NCBI GenBank assembly: GCA_030704615.1 | Contig: CM060733.1 | Coordinates: 60,264,001 to 60,328,000, forward strand | Direction of reading: 5' to 3' | Source of the DNA: Takakia lepidozioides | Lineage: Eukaryota; Plantae; Bryophyta | Length of the DNA stretch: 64,000 nucleotides | Shown here: piece after piece, positions 13,621 to 26,300 of the stretch | Position numbering within the stretch: position 1 is the stretch's first letter | Layout of the letters: each line of letters opens with the position of its first letter | The notes under the pieces: generated by a model | What the model saw: only the letters and a program-made list of their open reading frames with translations | Told to the model about the DNA's origin: nothing | Database searches by the model: none | Program-made: the position numbers and the translations under genes

Positions 13621-14725
13621 ATCAGTATATATATATATGAGAAGGATATACCCAGACAAGAATCTGATGCGTGAAGAATTCCACTCGGATGTTGAGACAG
13701 CACCCACTTCTTTGGAGGCGAGGCTAGGGATGAGAAAATCCCTCGAAAACCTCACTGCTAATATCAAGAAGGTTATCTTTTCTGCAAAAAGTGCTATGGA
13801 AGTAACTGACTTCCTAAAACAATGCAACTTCCAAGGAATTGAGTCACAATAGGAAGACTACTTCAAAGCGTGTATTTGTCGAATATCCTATGCAGAATGT
13901 TCTCGACTGGCCATATTCATTACCGGGCTGGAATACTTTGCAAGGCAAGTGAGTAAGTGTGAGGCCCCTAAACCGCAACGATGAGCCTCTTATTCAATCT
14001 TCAACCTCCTTCTCTATTTTGTATCTCCCTCCCTATCATGACGAGGATGCCATGTACACTAAACTGTGTTTGGTAATTTTAGACAGGTCGTTTGGCCTTA
14101 TGGGCTAGGCTTGCTGCCCACAACACTTGGAACAGGATTGACGTTTTCATTAAGGTTTTTACTCAGAGAGGTACAAATAGCACGAAAACGATAAATTTGA
14201 ATAGTTTAGTTACACAAACTTGACAGAAATCTTTAATATCAATATTGTTGAAGTAGGGGTCATCAACGGTGTCAACTTCATCCTTCGTCCATATCCCCTG
14301 ATAGTTTCTCCTTAACTTCTCTAACAACTCCACAACTGGGTTAAAGGTAGGCACGAGTGTTGGTGCTGCAGCAGGAGCTTGGGTGGACTTCCCAGCTCCT
14401 GTTCCACTTGACATCCTACTACTACTTGCTGTCAGGTCCGAACACCTTACCATTGAAGCTAAACTCGCTTGGTTCCAATGACTCCCAATGGTCATTCAAA
14501 CAGTCTGCATAGCGGTGGACATATGAATGTAATGCCTGCAATCCCAGCCAATTTATCACCACCCGCAAGCATGGTTGACTGCTCCTCCACATTTTAACTT
14601 CTGGAGCTTTACTCTTTTTTGTATGTCATTCATCCTGTATATCACCACTTCAATGTTTGACTATTCATATGTGGGGATCATGATATCAACAACATCACAA
14701 AGGCTGAGCTATGGCTGAAACACAC

Positions 14726-17700
14726 CTGATCTTCAACCATGGACCCTGAGATAGACCCAATAGCCCAGCAAAGTGTATTCAGATTATTCCACGCCCACCC
14801 CTCACCATTCGGCTGTTTGTTTAACTTTTTCAACATCTGTCACATGAGCAAGGTGTGGAGCAATGCATTAGACCTGTAACTGGTGTGCAAAAGGATGGGA
14901 AGCCATCTACCAGTTTAACTAGCTTATGTATTTTTTTTTTTAATTGGTCTATAAATGAGCACCGTCTGTGTGGGTAGTTATTGTCGGCAATGCAGCTGAT
15001 AGAAAAGAGGTCATGGCCTTGGTAAGTTTAGAACTTTTTGAGTCTCCCCTGTAAATGACGTGTTTGGAGGTGAATGTTTCAGTGCATTTCCAAGACACAT
15101 ATAGGTGAAATGGTAGTGTATAATTTCCGGAGATTACATGGGGGGCACATTGAGCACAACATAGGTAAGCAGAAATGAGGATAGTGGTCTGTTGCTTATC
15201 TGGTCTGCAATGTTCAGCCCGCCATGAACAACGAGTCTCCAGATTGGGCGTGATCAATATTCGAGCATGTCGGCTGGTGTTCGCAGCATTGCGGCTTGCC
15301 TTGCGTAAAAGCACCATTGTGCGACAACTGATGAAGTGTGGCCTCCTGGACGGATTCAGAATAAGATAAGCTTTCTGGTACTCCGAAGCTTCTTTCATGC
15401 TGATATCGTGTGGCAACGGCAGCCCAAGAAACCGCATCTGTTGCGAGATTCAGTGAAAGTAGGGTGCCAGCTCCTTGAGCATACTAGCTGGTGCCAGATG
15501 CAGGCCTAAAAATGCTGAGATGACCAGGTCTTTTGAAGATGTTGGTGAGCCGGGGGGTTTTGGTTTTTGAATTGTTGCTCGATGAGGAAGAAACGTGAGC
15601 TGCTGTTGCTGTTTGTGCAACATCCACCCAGCTATCGCCTGACCCCTCCAGTTTGTCAGATGATTGCCTTGAACGACCACTTTCCACAGGGACATTCCTC
15701 TGAGCAACAGTGTTTGGTGGGCTCTTTGGCAGCAAATGCCTCCTCAAAGATGGTGCTCCAATGCTTGTTGTCGGTGGGACATCGAGTACCACCTCTGACT
15801 GGCCAACTTGTTGATTAACTGGAGTGATGGAAGGTGGGAGCTGGGAGCTTTTACTCAATGGGCGGTAAGTCGGGAGCTGGAACAGTTGTAGGGTCGAGCA
15901 GCCGGGGCTCTTGCGCATCAGTGACGAAGTATGGAAGTACAGAGTCAGGTTGCCCGACGTAGCAGAACCCTGCGCGGGCTCATCAGCTGGGACGGGAGCA
16001 CCTTGAATGTAAGTGTGGGACCATTGTAGAGCAAAAAAGGTGGTCTCCATCAGCAGCCACTTCGGTGTCGTGTAGTGGTAGAGAATTGACACGGCCACTG
16101 TCGAGGTAGGGGACTCCGACGCATTTCGGACAACGGCATCATCTCGGATGGCAGCCGGGGTGGGCTTGGGGTTTCTTCGAGTCTCACAAATCGAAGCTGT
16201 AGAGATCCTGTAAAATTCCAAAATCGCCTTGATGGCTTCTTCAGCAGACCAAGGTCGCGGGGGGCCTTTCCTTCCTCCCTGTTCTTAAACAAGCTGTGAA
16301 GCATGGAGCTTAGAGGCATCTCTTGGGAAGCAACAAGGTGCAAAATTTGCCTTGACACACACACCTTACTATGACAGCATGGCCAATCCAATGAGGACGG
16401 GTTGTAAAGATTGCCCTGGTGCGCAATCGTGATAGGCAGGAGCTGTTCAACAGTGAAGATGAGCACCATATAATAAATCAGCTTGCAAAGCCAAACCAAG
16501 GAGCCCATGTTCAGAGTTGGGGGAAGACACCTCTGGATAGTCCAGCGCCCTCCAGAACGAGTAGTGGCTCGGGTAGTATGCCAAGTGGTCAAGCACGCTG
16601 AGACAACAAGTTCACGAAGTGCTCGACTTAAATGACCATAGAGCCACCAACAAGTGAACTTTAAGACCTTAACGAAGCACAGTAATGCAGATAAGATATG
16701 AGTACGCATCATGAGATCGTGCATCAAACCTGGAGCTGAAAGTGCAGCATGCGAAGGAGTGTTGACATGATACGGAAGAGGCCGATGATGCGGTACTAAG
16801 ACTCCAGAGCCTAAGTCATGCTTGGGGGCAGTGCTCGGATCAGATGATGTGAGAGTTTCCCAGCCCTCGCCTTCCGCAGATGGGGGATCAGGCAGCCTGC
16901 AAGTCGTCTTGCGATCACATTGGTGCCAAGGGTGTATGCTGAGTTTCCAGGAACTGCAGTGTGGTGCCGTGAGCCATGTCATGACACAGTGTAAAGAATC
17001 AGAAAAATAAATGGCTACAGCCGATCAAAGTGAATGGGGCTATTTAATAAAGGGGGGGCACACGGAGGCCAACATCCTCTCCATTCCATCCATTTCCTGG
17101 GCATCCATTTCCAGGGGATCGGATGGTGGGCTTGGTGATGCCATGTTCACACACCACCCCAAGTCAACATCCGTAGCAAAGGCACAACCCGGGCAAGGTA
17201 TTGTGGAGGTCAGTGCAAGCTATCCATCATGAACATGCTGATGTAACACTTGCACAAGGCAGAAACAAAGGTTGCTTTACCTGGAGGCCCAGAGGAGTAG
17301 GTGGAGCCGGAGACTCCATGTTGCATTCAGATTGGAAGAGATCACACACCAGAGAATTTCAGAGAATTCCAGGCAAACCTACATATCACACAATATCATT
17401 ACAGTTATGAATTATAGTGACATTACTACAAAGCGCCTTATGACCTTTTAATTTCAAAACCATGACGTGAGACGGTGTGGTAATCACTTTTCACAATCAA
17501 ATGTACATACTCATATTATGTTGCCTGAAAGAATCCATAAGGCAATAATTAACGGTGCCACACAACCCAGGAAGTACACATATAAAATAAGAGTTCCGAG
17601 TTGAAATTGTTGCACCTTGAAGACCTCCATGTCATCAACATATGACATCCCAATTGGGTACTCAAGTCCCATTAACAGAACTGCCTGGTTGTCTTGAGTG

Positions 17701-18262
17701 GTCTCCAAGACACCTATGTGTGACTGCCATCCCAAACCCTCCACTCAGGGTCAAGCAGAGGGTGACTCCCATCCCCCTCCAACCCCTCTAAAACATTATG
17801 GAGAGAATGGAGTAAAACATGAAAAGCCAAAGTCACAATTGGAAAGAGGTAAACAAAATGACAGAGAGAAGACAGGGGCAGAACAGGACAGCCTGAATAA
17901 AAAAGGGAGGGTGCACCGTTAGTCCAGAGAGGGACCAGCCTCAACAAATCCATCCTCACTCTCAAGACAACCAGGAGCAACCTGGGTGATGCGGCACCTT
18001 ACCTTAAAGAAAGAGGTGAAGAACAACGCCAAATTTTGAATGAAAGCCTGCAAAGAAACAGCAGGTAAGAATCCATCTTCCAGTCATCATCAGAAGTTTG
18101 GTTTCTCACAAATAGCTATGGTGGCATGAACTGCTGGCAGATCTGTGTCACATGCTAAGAATGTCAGACACAAAAAAGGTTGCTCAAAAGGCAATGTACC
18201 TGGTCCTCATCAGAGCCACTTGCATATGCATCTGGGACATGGGTGCCAGGTGGCAAAATTAT
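14726..18262 (-). pseudogene. XPO1: Captured exportin-1 (CRM1) fragment; exons 18200-18262, 18003-18047, 17616-17723, 17281-17378, 14726-14836
   Basis: Exons translate IILPPGTHVPDAYASGSDEDQ|AFIQNLALFFTSFFK|SHIGVLETTQDNQAVLLMGLEYPIGMSYVDDMEVFK|VCLEFx*NSLVCDLF..LGLQ and [37 protein letters not shown], recognisable CRM1/XPO1 sequence, each with AG/GT borders. The fourth exon has a 2-bp insertion and a stop; both ends of the protein are absent. Confidence 0.92.
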
Positions 18263-19038
18263 CTGCACAGTCATTTCGGAGATACCACTCTTAGCTATGA
18301 AGACGCATCCATACCAGCACAAGACTAGACATTTGCAACTAGCGACTATTGCAAATCCCATCATATAAACCAGGCAGCTTTGAATGGTATAGCACAAGAC
18401 AATAGAGAGAAAGGACAGATCCCTCTCTCTCCCTCTCTCTGTCCCTTGGGCTTCCTGTAAACACAGTAAATGTCTTTTTTTCCTTCTCTCCTCTCTCTCC
18501 CTGCTTACTCTCTTAGTTCCATAGGACATTGGGCCACCCTGGGCATGTAAAGTTTCTCTTTCTCTTGCATCTCTCCCGTAGGCATCAGTGGACATTATAA
18601 CTTCCTGTTTCACGGTCTTAAGGGCCCTCTCAGCCTCCATGCTCTCTGCAAGCCAGATTGGTCCATCAACCAAATGTGAAGACCATTGCTGAAGGATGGA
18701 GAAACGGTATTCACAGGCAAAGGTTCGATGGGCAGAACTGAGCCTTAATGAAAAATGACTTCTCATTACAAACCAGTTTTGTAGTGTTGGGGCATCCTAC
18801 CCAAATACAGTTGCAAACTTACCGCGACGGAGTGCAAGCCCTGGCTTAATAACGTTCATGCAAGGTAGTGATGGGATCTTTCTGAAACAACACCATGCCC
18901 AAAATTGAGATGCTGATCAAACTTTTCGACAAGGCTTGCCCAACAGTGTTTGAGATGAACGTGGTAGACACCACTGGAGATTCTGATGGCATCCTGGATG
19001 TGTGCTGATCAGCCCAGAACCCAGCCCAAAACCAATGG

Positions 19039-19493
19039 TGCTCCCTTCGCAATGCTGATTTTAGAGGCTCATCCAGTGTTGGTTGGCTAAGGTCATAACT
19101 CTTTGCTTTCTCGAGCTCCTTTGCCAACAGATCGCCAGAGCAAAACTCCCGCCTTGAGAGAAAACGCCCGCCTTGAGAGAGAGGACGTGAGAGAGAGACG
19201 TGCTGCGAATCCCTAAACAGGCTTCATGTCCGGGCAGTTTTACCCGGTTATCGAAAATATCAAAAACATACTATGCGTATGTAGTAGTATATGACGTGTA
19301 TATTACGATATACATTCCTTATAATATACCTGGTACCCCAGGCATGTAGCATGGGGTTAGTTACCCCTTGCCTTTTACTACCCCGGGGTATTTTTACCCC
19401 GTGCTTTTCAATAGCCCATGCCCTCTTGCCCGTGCCACAAAATCTTTTGGAATAAAACCCGGGGGTATTGGAATCTTTCAAGGGGTCGGGTCC
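19039..19493 (-). repeat. Right terminal inverted repeat (~455 bp, with a small internal CCCGCCTTGAGAG duplication)
   Basis: Reverse complement of the left TIR; extra duplicated segment near 19148-19180. Confidence 0.92.
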
Positions 19494-20387
19494 ACTTCGC
19501 AGTCTCCACAACGTTCCGTTTCGCGGCCTACCCTTCCCTCTCGACTCCCCGTCTATCTCTTATTTTTTTCCTTTATTTTAACCCTAGTCAGGCACATGTG
19601 CAAGGCTCTTTTTTTTGGCTTGTTCTTCTTTGCATGCAGAAGAGCAGTGTATGCGCTTTAGCATTGATTGGTCTTGGACTTATTGGCACTATCTAGTAGT
19701 CCTCCAGTCGGCAGAACGACTCTGTCTTTGTCTTCTGTCACATAGTTTTTTTCCAGGGGTTCACACAGCCTCCCATGGGCTCATAAAGCCAATTATATTA
19801 GGCAGCACACCGGTAGAGCACTCGTTCTTCTTACGGAATATCCGGGAAGCATCCTCAGTGAGGAACTTCAGTTATCATGCATGGCTCTCATGCGATATGC
19901 CTTATGGCAGCCTCAAGGGTTTTAATTTTTTTCCCTTCAATAATTCAGCAATAAAGTTAGCAACCAGGGCCAAGTCCCCTGTTCTCTTAAAAAAAAAATT
20001 AAAAAAAAGAAAAGAAAAAAGAAAAGAAAAAAGTAAACAGGATTAGTTAGTGGGCATTTCATTAAGGCCCGGCAAAGTAGAATTTTCAAATCTCTTCCGT
20101 TTCGTGATAAAGCTTCCAAGAAGAGAAGTATACAGTTGCGATCAACATGCGGCTGTAGACGAGTGATGCTTTCCAGTAACAAATTTCATGGACACAATAT
20201 ACAAAGGCTCTAGATTCCTCATGTGCAATCCACAATTGCATTCCTGCGGCAAGCCCTGCATCTCTTTTAGCTGTAAGTAATGAGAGCTACAAGAACGAGC
20301 CTTCCAGGGACCACCTCTCACCTCTCTGCATCGAGATCAGACTTCGAGAAAGACTGTAGTACTGAAGAAACCGCTATACTGATAGGT

Positions 20388-23300
20388 CTACTTGCTTCGC
20401 TTGGCAGCACGTTTTCTATGGCCCTTTTTGGGTGGGCCCTTGCCCCGCCACTTCAATCTTTCCAGCTTCACCAAACGTCTGCCAGATCCAATGCACACAC
20501 GACTGTCAGGCTCAACCTCACCCGCCTAAAAATCAGTCATCTTTGTCTTCATTTGCAGACCGTGCTAAGTGCTAGCCTTCTGGCAAGATTACTTATCAAG
20601 GCAAAGTACCATACAAGGTGTTACACAATGTCAGATGCCTAAGCATTTTCAATTGAAGCTATTGCAAAGGACATCATTGGATTACTGGTAAGTGCTCAGG
20701 GAACTGCACCGCAAGCAATGTTTGCTTCTACCATGGCTAAGGTGCAAAATCAGCAAGGACAGCAGCACCAGTCTCTCGTGCAACAAGGAATTTCTACCAC
20801 AAGTTCAGCAACCCGTCTATCCTCTTCCACTCCAGATTCCCCTTCTTCAGGTCCTATTCCATTATCACCCCTCCTGCCAGCAGTGTCTAAGTCTTCAGGG
20901 TCAGGTGCATCAAAGTCAGGGGCTTTTGTCAAGGGGTCCTTCTCACAAAAATCATCAGGGAATATGTAGGCAAGAAATCCTCCTCGATGTTTCCTCTTCT
21001 TGGCCTATCCCATCTTGGCTCTTTATGATGATGTTGTGACATCACTCTGTCATGCAATGGTTGTCAGTCTGTTTTCCTGCACATGTGAGACCCCTAATTG
21101 GCATGACAATCCTTCTTTGTAGCACTACATACATCTGATCAGTCTCCTGAATTTTTCAAGATGTAGAATACAGGATGACCTTCCTCCCTTCTGATGAAGG
21201 CCAAATTCATCACTCGTGATGTTCATCTATGTGAGCATTGGCTTTGTTAGGTGTATGAAAATTTTGGTCTGCAGAATCGGAGGGACTTCACTCTAAATTT
21301 TTGTCTGTACCAGCTAAAATGTGTCTCTTAAAATACTTAAGAATCTGGGCTTATTCATGTAGATCGCATTCTATGCAGCATCCAATGCTTTCCTCATTTT
21401 CAAGTGAAACCCTGTATCCATAGTGGAATTGAGGGCAAAAAAATGGCATTTTTTGTTTATACGCTCCTCTCATTGCTAGCGTTTAGCTTGAACATCTGAC
21501 TGAGATGCTCTTTGCCATAATGGAGGGATGCATAATTCCCCAGCTTGCCACAAGCCACATGGTGTGGAAAGCAAAATCAATTTCAAACTAAACACCTTAT
21601 ATATCAGACCTGCATTTCCCCTTTATTTTGCTTCAGCTTCAGGGATTGCATGTTCTCTGGCCTTTTATCTACATAACATCGTACGAAGAGTGAATTCAAC
21701 AGTTTACACATTTGACAAGAAGAGGGAAAGTCCTCTTCCTTGGACTCTCAGTAGGGATCATGTGTCTTCAAGTCCCCAACTCTGACATCTGTGTATAAGT
21801 GGTATTTTATTATTGTCTTGTAAAGAGGTTTCTAGTGATTTTGGTATGGCTACGATTCCTTCTCACCTTCCTTTTCGACTTGGATGAATGGAGGAGGGAT
21901 GCGCTCCGGATGATTTAGGGATGGACGGAACCAGGATGAAGTCTGGCTGAACTTACGCCTTGCGCATGAGGATGAGCTGGCGACTTTATTAGGTGCTGTC
22001 TTATTCTAACATCTAGTTTAGGATTAGATTAGGATGGATCTGGGTGATCTGGCTTCTTTCTATGGCTATGCTGGAAGGGCATTTGGCTGGCCTATGTGTA
22101 AGTGCCACACGGCACTAGGATTAGATTGTGACCTAATACTATTTAAGCCTCACTGCCATGGCAGTGAGGGTGGTGGCTTTTGGGGTCTTACGCGAGTGTA
22201 CACTTGGTGTAACGGGGTGCTTGAGTGTGTTGATGAATGCGTTCTGGATGTTCAACTCTGTTGTATCCTCTTCGTGAGATTCCGTCTTCTCTGCCAGGCC
22301 CATCTATCGACTACATCCCCCCCTGATAGGATTAAGTCCGGTAGAGGAAGGGGAACAAAACCCATAGCGCCGGAATCATGGTGGAGATGCGGGGTAGCTA
22401 AAAATCGTTAGCAGAGAATTTGGCTCGCACGAAACACCTGAGAACAGGAGATTGCGTACGGGGGATCCTGTATGATTGAGGGGAGAGTAGGTGGCAAAAT
22501 GGCGGCTTGTATGTCATACATAGTGAGAGAGAGAGAGAGAGTTTGTCTGCTCAAGTTTTTTTGTGTTTTGAGAGTTTCATAAGTGAGCACTATGGCTTCC
22601 AGTTCTGAGTGTGGTTGGTTTGAGCTAGATCAATTTGAGGTCCTGCGCTTGAGATAGACCCAGGCGTTGGAATCTCGCTACATTTTGTGAGCTTGCACGC
22701 AACCTGTTACCTGAGCAGCTGGTGTTTATTGATTATCCGGAGGGAGAACCTATTCCACGGCCTGAGCTCCCGCTGGACACACCCTCAAAGTTCTGGGCCA
22801 AGACCTTTGAGGAAACTGCACGCAAAGAAACTTCCAGCCCATACACACTAAAGTGGAGCAGAGGGAGCAAAGCTGGCGCATTCGCGAGTCTCTTCAGGGA
22901 GCCTACACCGCGCGTCTTCTCCTCAAGCTCCATTCCAGAGAAGTCACTCTGCAGATTCCCCTTGCTAGTGCCAAGGAGCAGTTGGAGAGTGGTGAGAAAC
23001 TTAGTTGGGCTGTCTTGGGCATTCCACAATTATCCGTAAGACGTGAATTGGGTATAGAGCTTGAAAGCTTCCTACCTCCTGACGAGCCGAGCCCTCTACG
23101 ATTGTGGGAACTGGTTAAAGGGGGTACATCGATTCTGCTTGCTAATTTGAGGCCTCGAGTTCCACTAGCCCCTACCCGGGATCCCACTTGGGAAGAGCTC
23201 ATCACTGGTATTCCCGACTCAGATTTTCTTTTTTGTCCCAGTGATGTGTTGATCTTTCCGGGGGTGTGTTTTCGGCGTGAAACAGTAGGTGTCTACAAGG

Positions 23301-26300
23301 CCGAAACAGCCAAGGGATATCCTGCCCATACGCTGTTGGTGAAGGAAAAGGTGGTCCGCAACGTAGTGCGCGTAACTTTTTGGCTCAAGGGTGAAGAGGA
23401 GCTGTGGGCTTTCTTGGGAGAAGGAGTGTACCTGTTGCACAAGCATCACTTCATCACCTTTCACTGTGTGTCTGGGTGGGATTCGAAGCTCAGTGCCCCT
23501 TCGGACAGGTAGCCGTGTACTCCTTTTCTCATGCCTGTATTTACAAGATCCATGCTAGAGAGGGAAGCAGAAGACAAAGGACTAAGTGAGTTGGAAAAAC
23601 GTGCAGCGGAGGAGAGGGGAGAGAGAGACAACTAATGAAAGAAATAATACGGAAAGGGGAGAGTCGTCCGGAGATCACAAGGATCCGGCGACTGTGCCTC
23701 AACCCACATTTGATTTGGACGAGTTGTGTGAAGCCATGGGGGTGATTTCAAATTCCCCCCCCCCCCCCACTAATGAAGATGTTGCTAAAACAAACTGAAG
23801 CTCCGGATACCACATCACGGAAAACTGATCATGGGGAGCGAATGCATAAGCAACAATACCCTGAGTACAACTTAGGGGAGGATTTTGAGTTCTTCTTGGA
23901 ATTTTTTGAAATCAGCACTGAAATGAATGGTGTTCCCCCATGGTTCCAAGTAAAGTCTTTCCGGATCTGTCTCAAGGGAAAGGCCATGCAACTGTTTGAG
24001 TCCAATATCAAGGACAAAAATGATCTTACTTAGGTAGAAGTCAGAGAATTGGCTCGCAAGCTCTTTTGTGAAGAAAAGCCCATAGCTTACACCACACCAG
24101 ACTTAAAATTTCATTATGGCAACAGTGTGTGGAAATACTACACTGATTTGCGAACTGCAATCTGTAAGTCAATTCTAATTGCTATTTTGAAACATTGTTT
24201 TATAAAGGGCTTGCCCCCTGCTGAGAAAGTGTTTCTACAAAAACAGACTTACACTACTGAGGATGAAATGGTTGAATTAATAGAAGAACACCTTCGTCTT
24301 AAAACTGCCAAGGCTGGATTTGCCAAACCAGCCACTATGAAACACACACACTTGGCCAGTGACAGAACTGATGTTGTGATTACTGATGGGCACCTTGGGG
24401 TGAAAGACCTTGCAGAAGAATTGGTACCTTCCCTTGTGCATGAATTGTCCCCCTTCCGTGATGAAATCCAGGGTCAACTACAGGCCTTCAAGGCAGAAGT
24501 TAACTGGAAATCAGCTGGCTCCCAAAACACTGGTCACAAGGGTAAGACTAACACCGGCCCTAGGTATGAAGCCAGACTATTCGTGGTGGCATGCATGGTT
24601 TGCAAATCCAAAGAACACTACACCAGGTTTTGCCCTTACCACTCTCAACTCCCTACTCTCATTGATCGTTATGAGAAAGAGAAGCTCCCGAAAGGCCATT
24701 TAAACGACCAAGATCGTTCGTAAGGGTGCCGGCCAATCTCTCTACAAACCCACAACCTGTTGCTAGTGCTGTTTTGTCCAACAAACTCATGCATTGTGAA
24801 GCCTCTAGGGCACTTAGAAGAGAACACATACATCCCTTGATGACTCAGTGTCACATTGGCCATCTTTTTTTTTCATGCGTGATTGACACAGGCTGCACCA
24901 TGTCTGCCATTCCACTCTCCATTGTACGCATATTAGGCCTCAAGTTACGGCCTGCCAAAGGGCTGGAAGTAACCATAGCCGATGGTACAGCCTATGAACC
25001 CATGGGTTTGGTTACTGTGCTATCCGTGTCAGTGGCAAGACAGTAGTGCTAACCTCTATTGTCACTTTGGGGGAGTAGCTTTTGCTGGGCCTTGATTGGA
25101 TGAAGGGGGCAGAGGCTAGCCTGGACATCATGGGCAATGTGATGTGGTTACACAATGGTGAGGGCCAGCCTTATAAGGTAAACCTCAACGTTGTCACCTT
25201 AGCTACCTTTAGCCAATTATTCTCAATTGAAATTGCAAGCTGAGCACATGAAGAAAACTATAGGCCAGCACTACAATTGGTCCAGATTCAGTCAATTCAA
25301 GCCCCCGAGGGCTGCCTTTATCAATGGCGGTTCCCTTTGCCAGGTAAGAAATCTGGCCCTCCACTGCCTGTGGCCAAGAACACTATGCTACTCCGAGCTC
25401 CTGTCGACTTGGTCATTTCTGCTTTTTCTCAACGTGTAATTCCTTCTGGTTTAGCTTTTGCTTGCCCCCAAGGCCATTATATTGAGGTAGAAGGTTGGAA
25501 GAAGCTGACCTTGCAAAAAAATTGTCTGATCGCATCTGGAGTGATTGACAAAGGTTTCAAGGGTGAAGTCCGACTGTTGGTGGCTAATCCTGAGCGTATA
25601 GGCATTACCATTCGTAAGGGGCAAGTCATAGCTAGACTGTCTGCCTCACCTTTATCTGAGTTGGCTTCTGTTCATAAAGCTCTCTCCTTCCATGACATAG
25701 GTTTGGTGGATTCGGCTCTTGACCAACTGCAAGCCTTTGCTGCCAACATCGGGCCTGTTACTGGTCTTCCCTTGACCTCAGATCAAGAGCTGCATTACCA
25801 GCAAGTTTTGCAAGACATCACGGTTAGGGAGCATCTCACACCTCAGCAGACCAGCCAACTCCATGACTTTCTCCGTAATAACCTGGATATTTTTAGCAAG
25901 GGCCCTCATGACCTTGGTCGCACGACCATCCTGGACCATGACATCATCACTGAAGGTAAGCCTATCAAACAGTATGCCTACCGAGAAAGTGTGCGAGAAA
26001 GAAAGGTTATTCAGGAAGAGATTACCAAAATGTTGGACGCAAGTGTCATCACACCCTCAATCTCGCATTGGGCCAGTCCTATTGTCTTAGTAGGGAAAAA
26101 GGGTGGTTCAACTCGCTTCTGTGTTGATTTTAGACGTATAAATGCTATCACTAAAAATGATACATGTGTATCCCTTACCTCGTATTAATGAGACTCTTGA
26201 CCAATTGAATGGAGCTACTATATTCTCATCGTTAGATCTAGCAGCTGGATTCTTGACTTCGGCAGCCAAAGAGAAAACGGCCTGCACTTGTCGCATGGGC

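Larger units (their letters stand above)
9263..19493. mobile_element. ~10.2 kb DNA transposon delimited by long terminal inverted repeats, carrying a DDE transposase remnant and captured gene fragments
   Basis: 9263-9688 is the reverse complement of 19039-19493 with few differences; both ends read GGACCC..ACCCCTTGAAAGATTCCAATACCCC inward. No convincing TSD. Confidence 0.9.

Noticed and set aside
9254-19502. Target-site duplication for the TIR element
   Set aside because: Flanks gcttgtaca and acttcgcag do not match convincingly at 2-9 bp, so no superfamily is assigned from a TSD.
22034-22411. Duplicated 110-125 aa ORFs (also 29686-30018)
   Set aside because: They lie inside the two LTRs, so their similarity reflects LTR identity rather than a gene pair.
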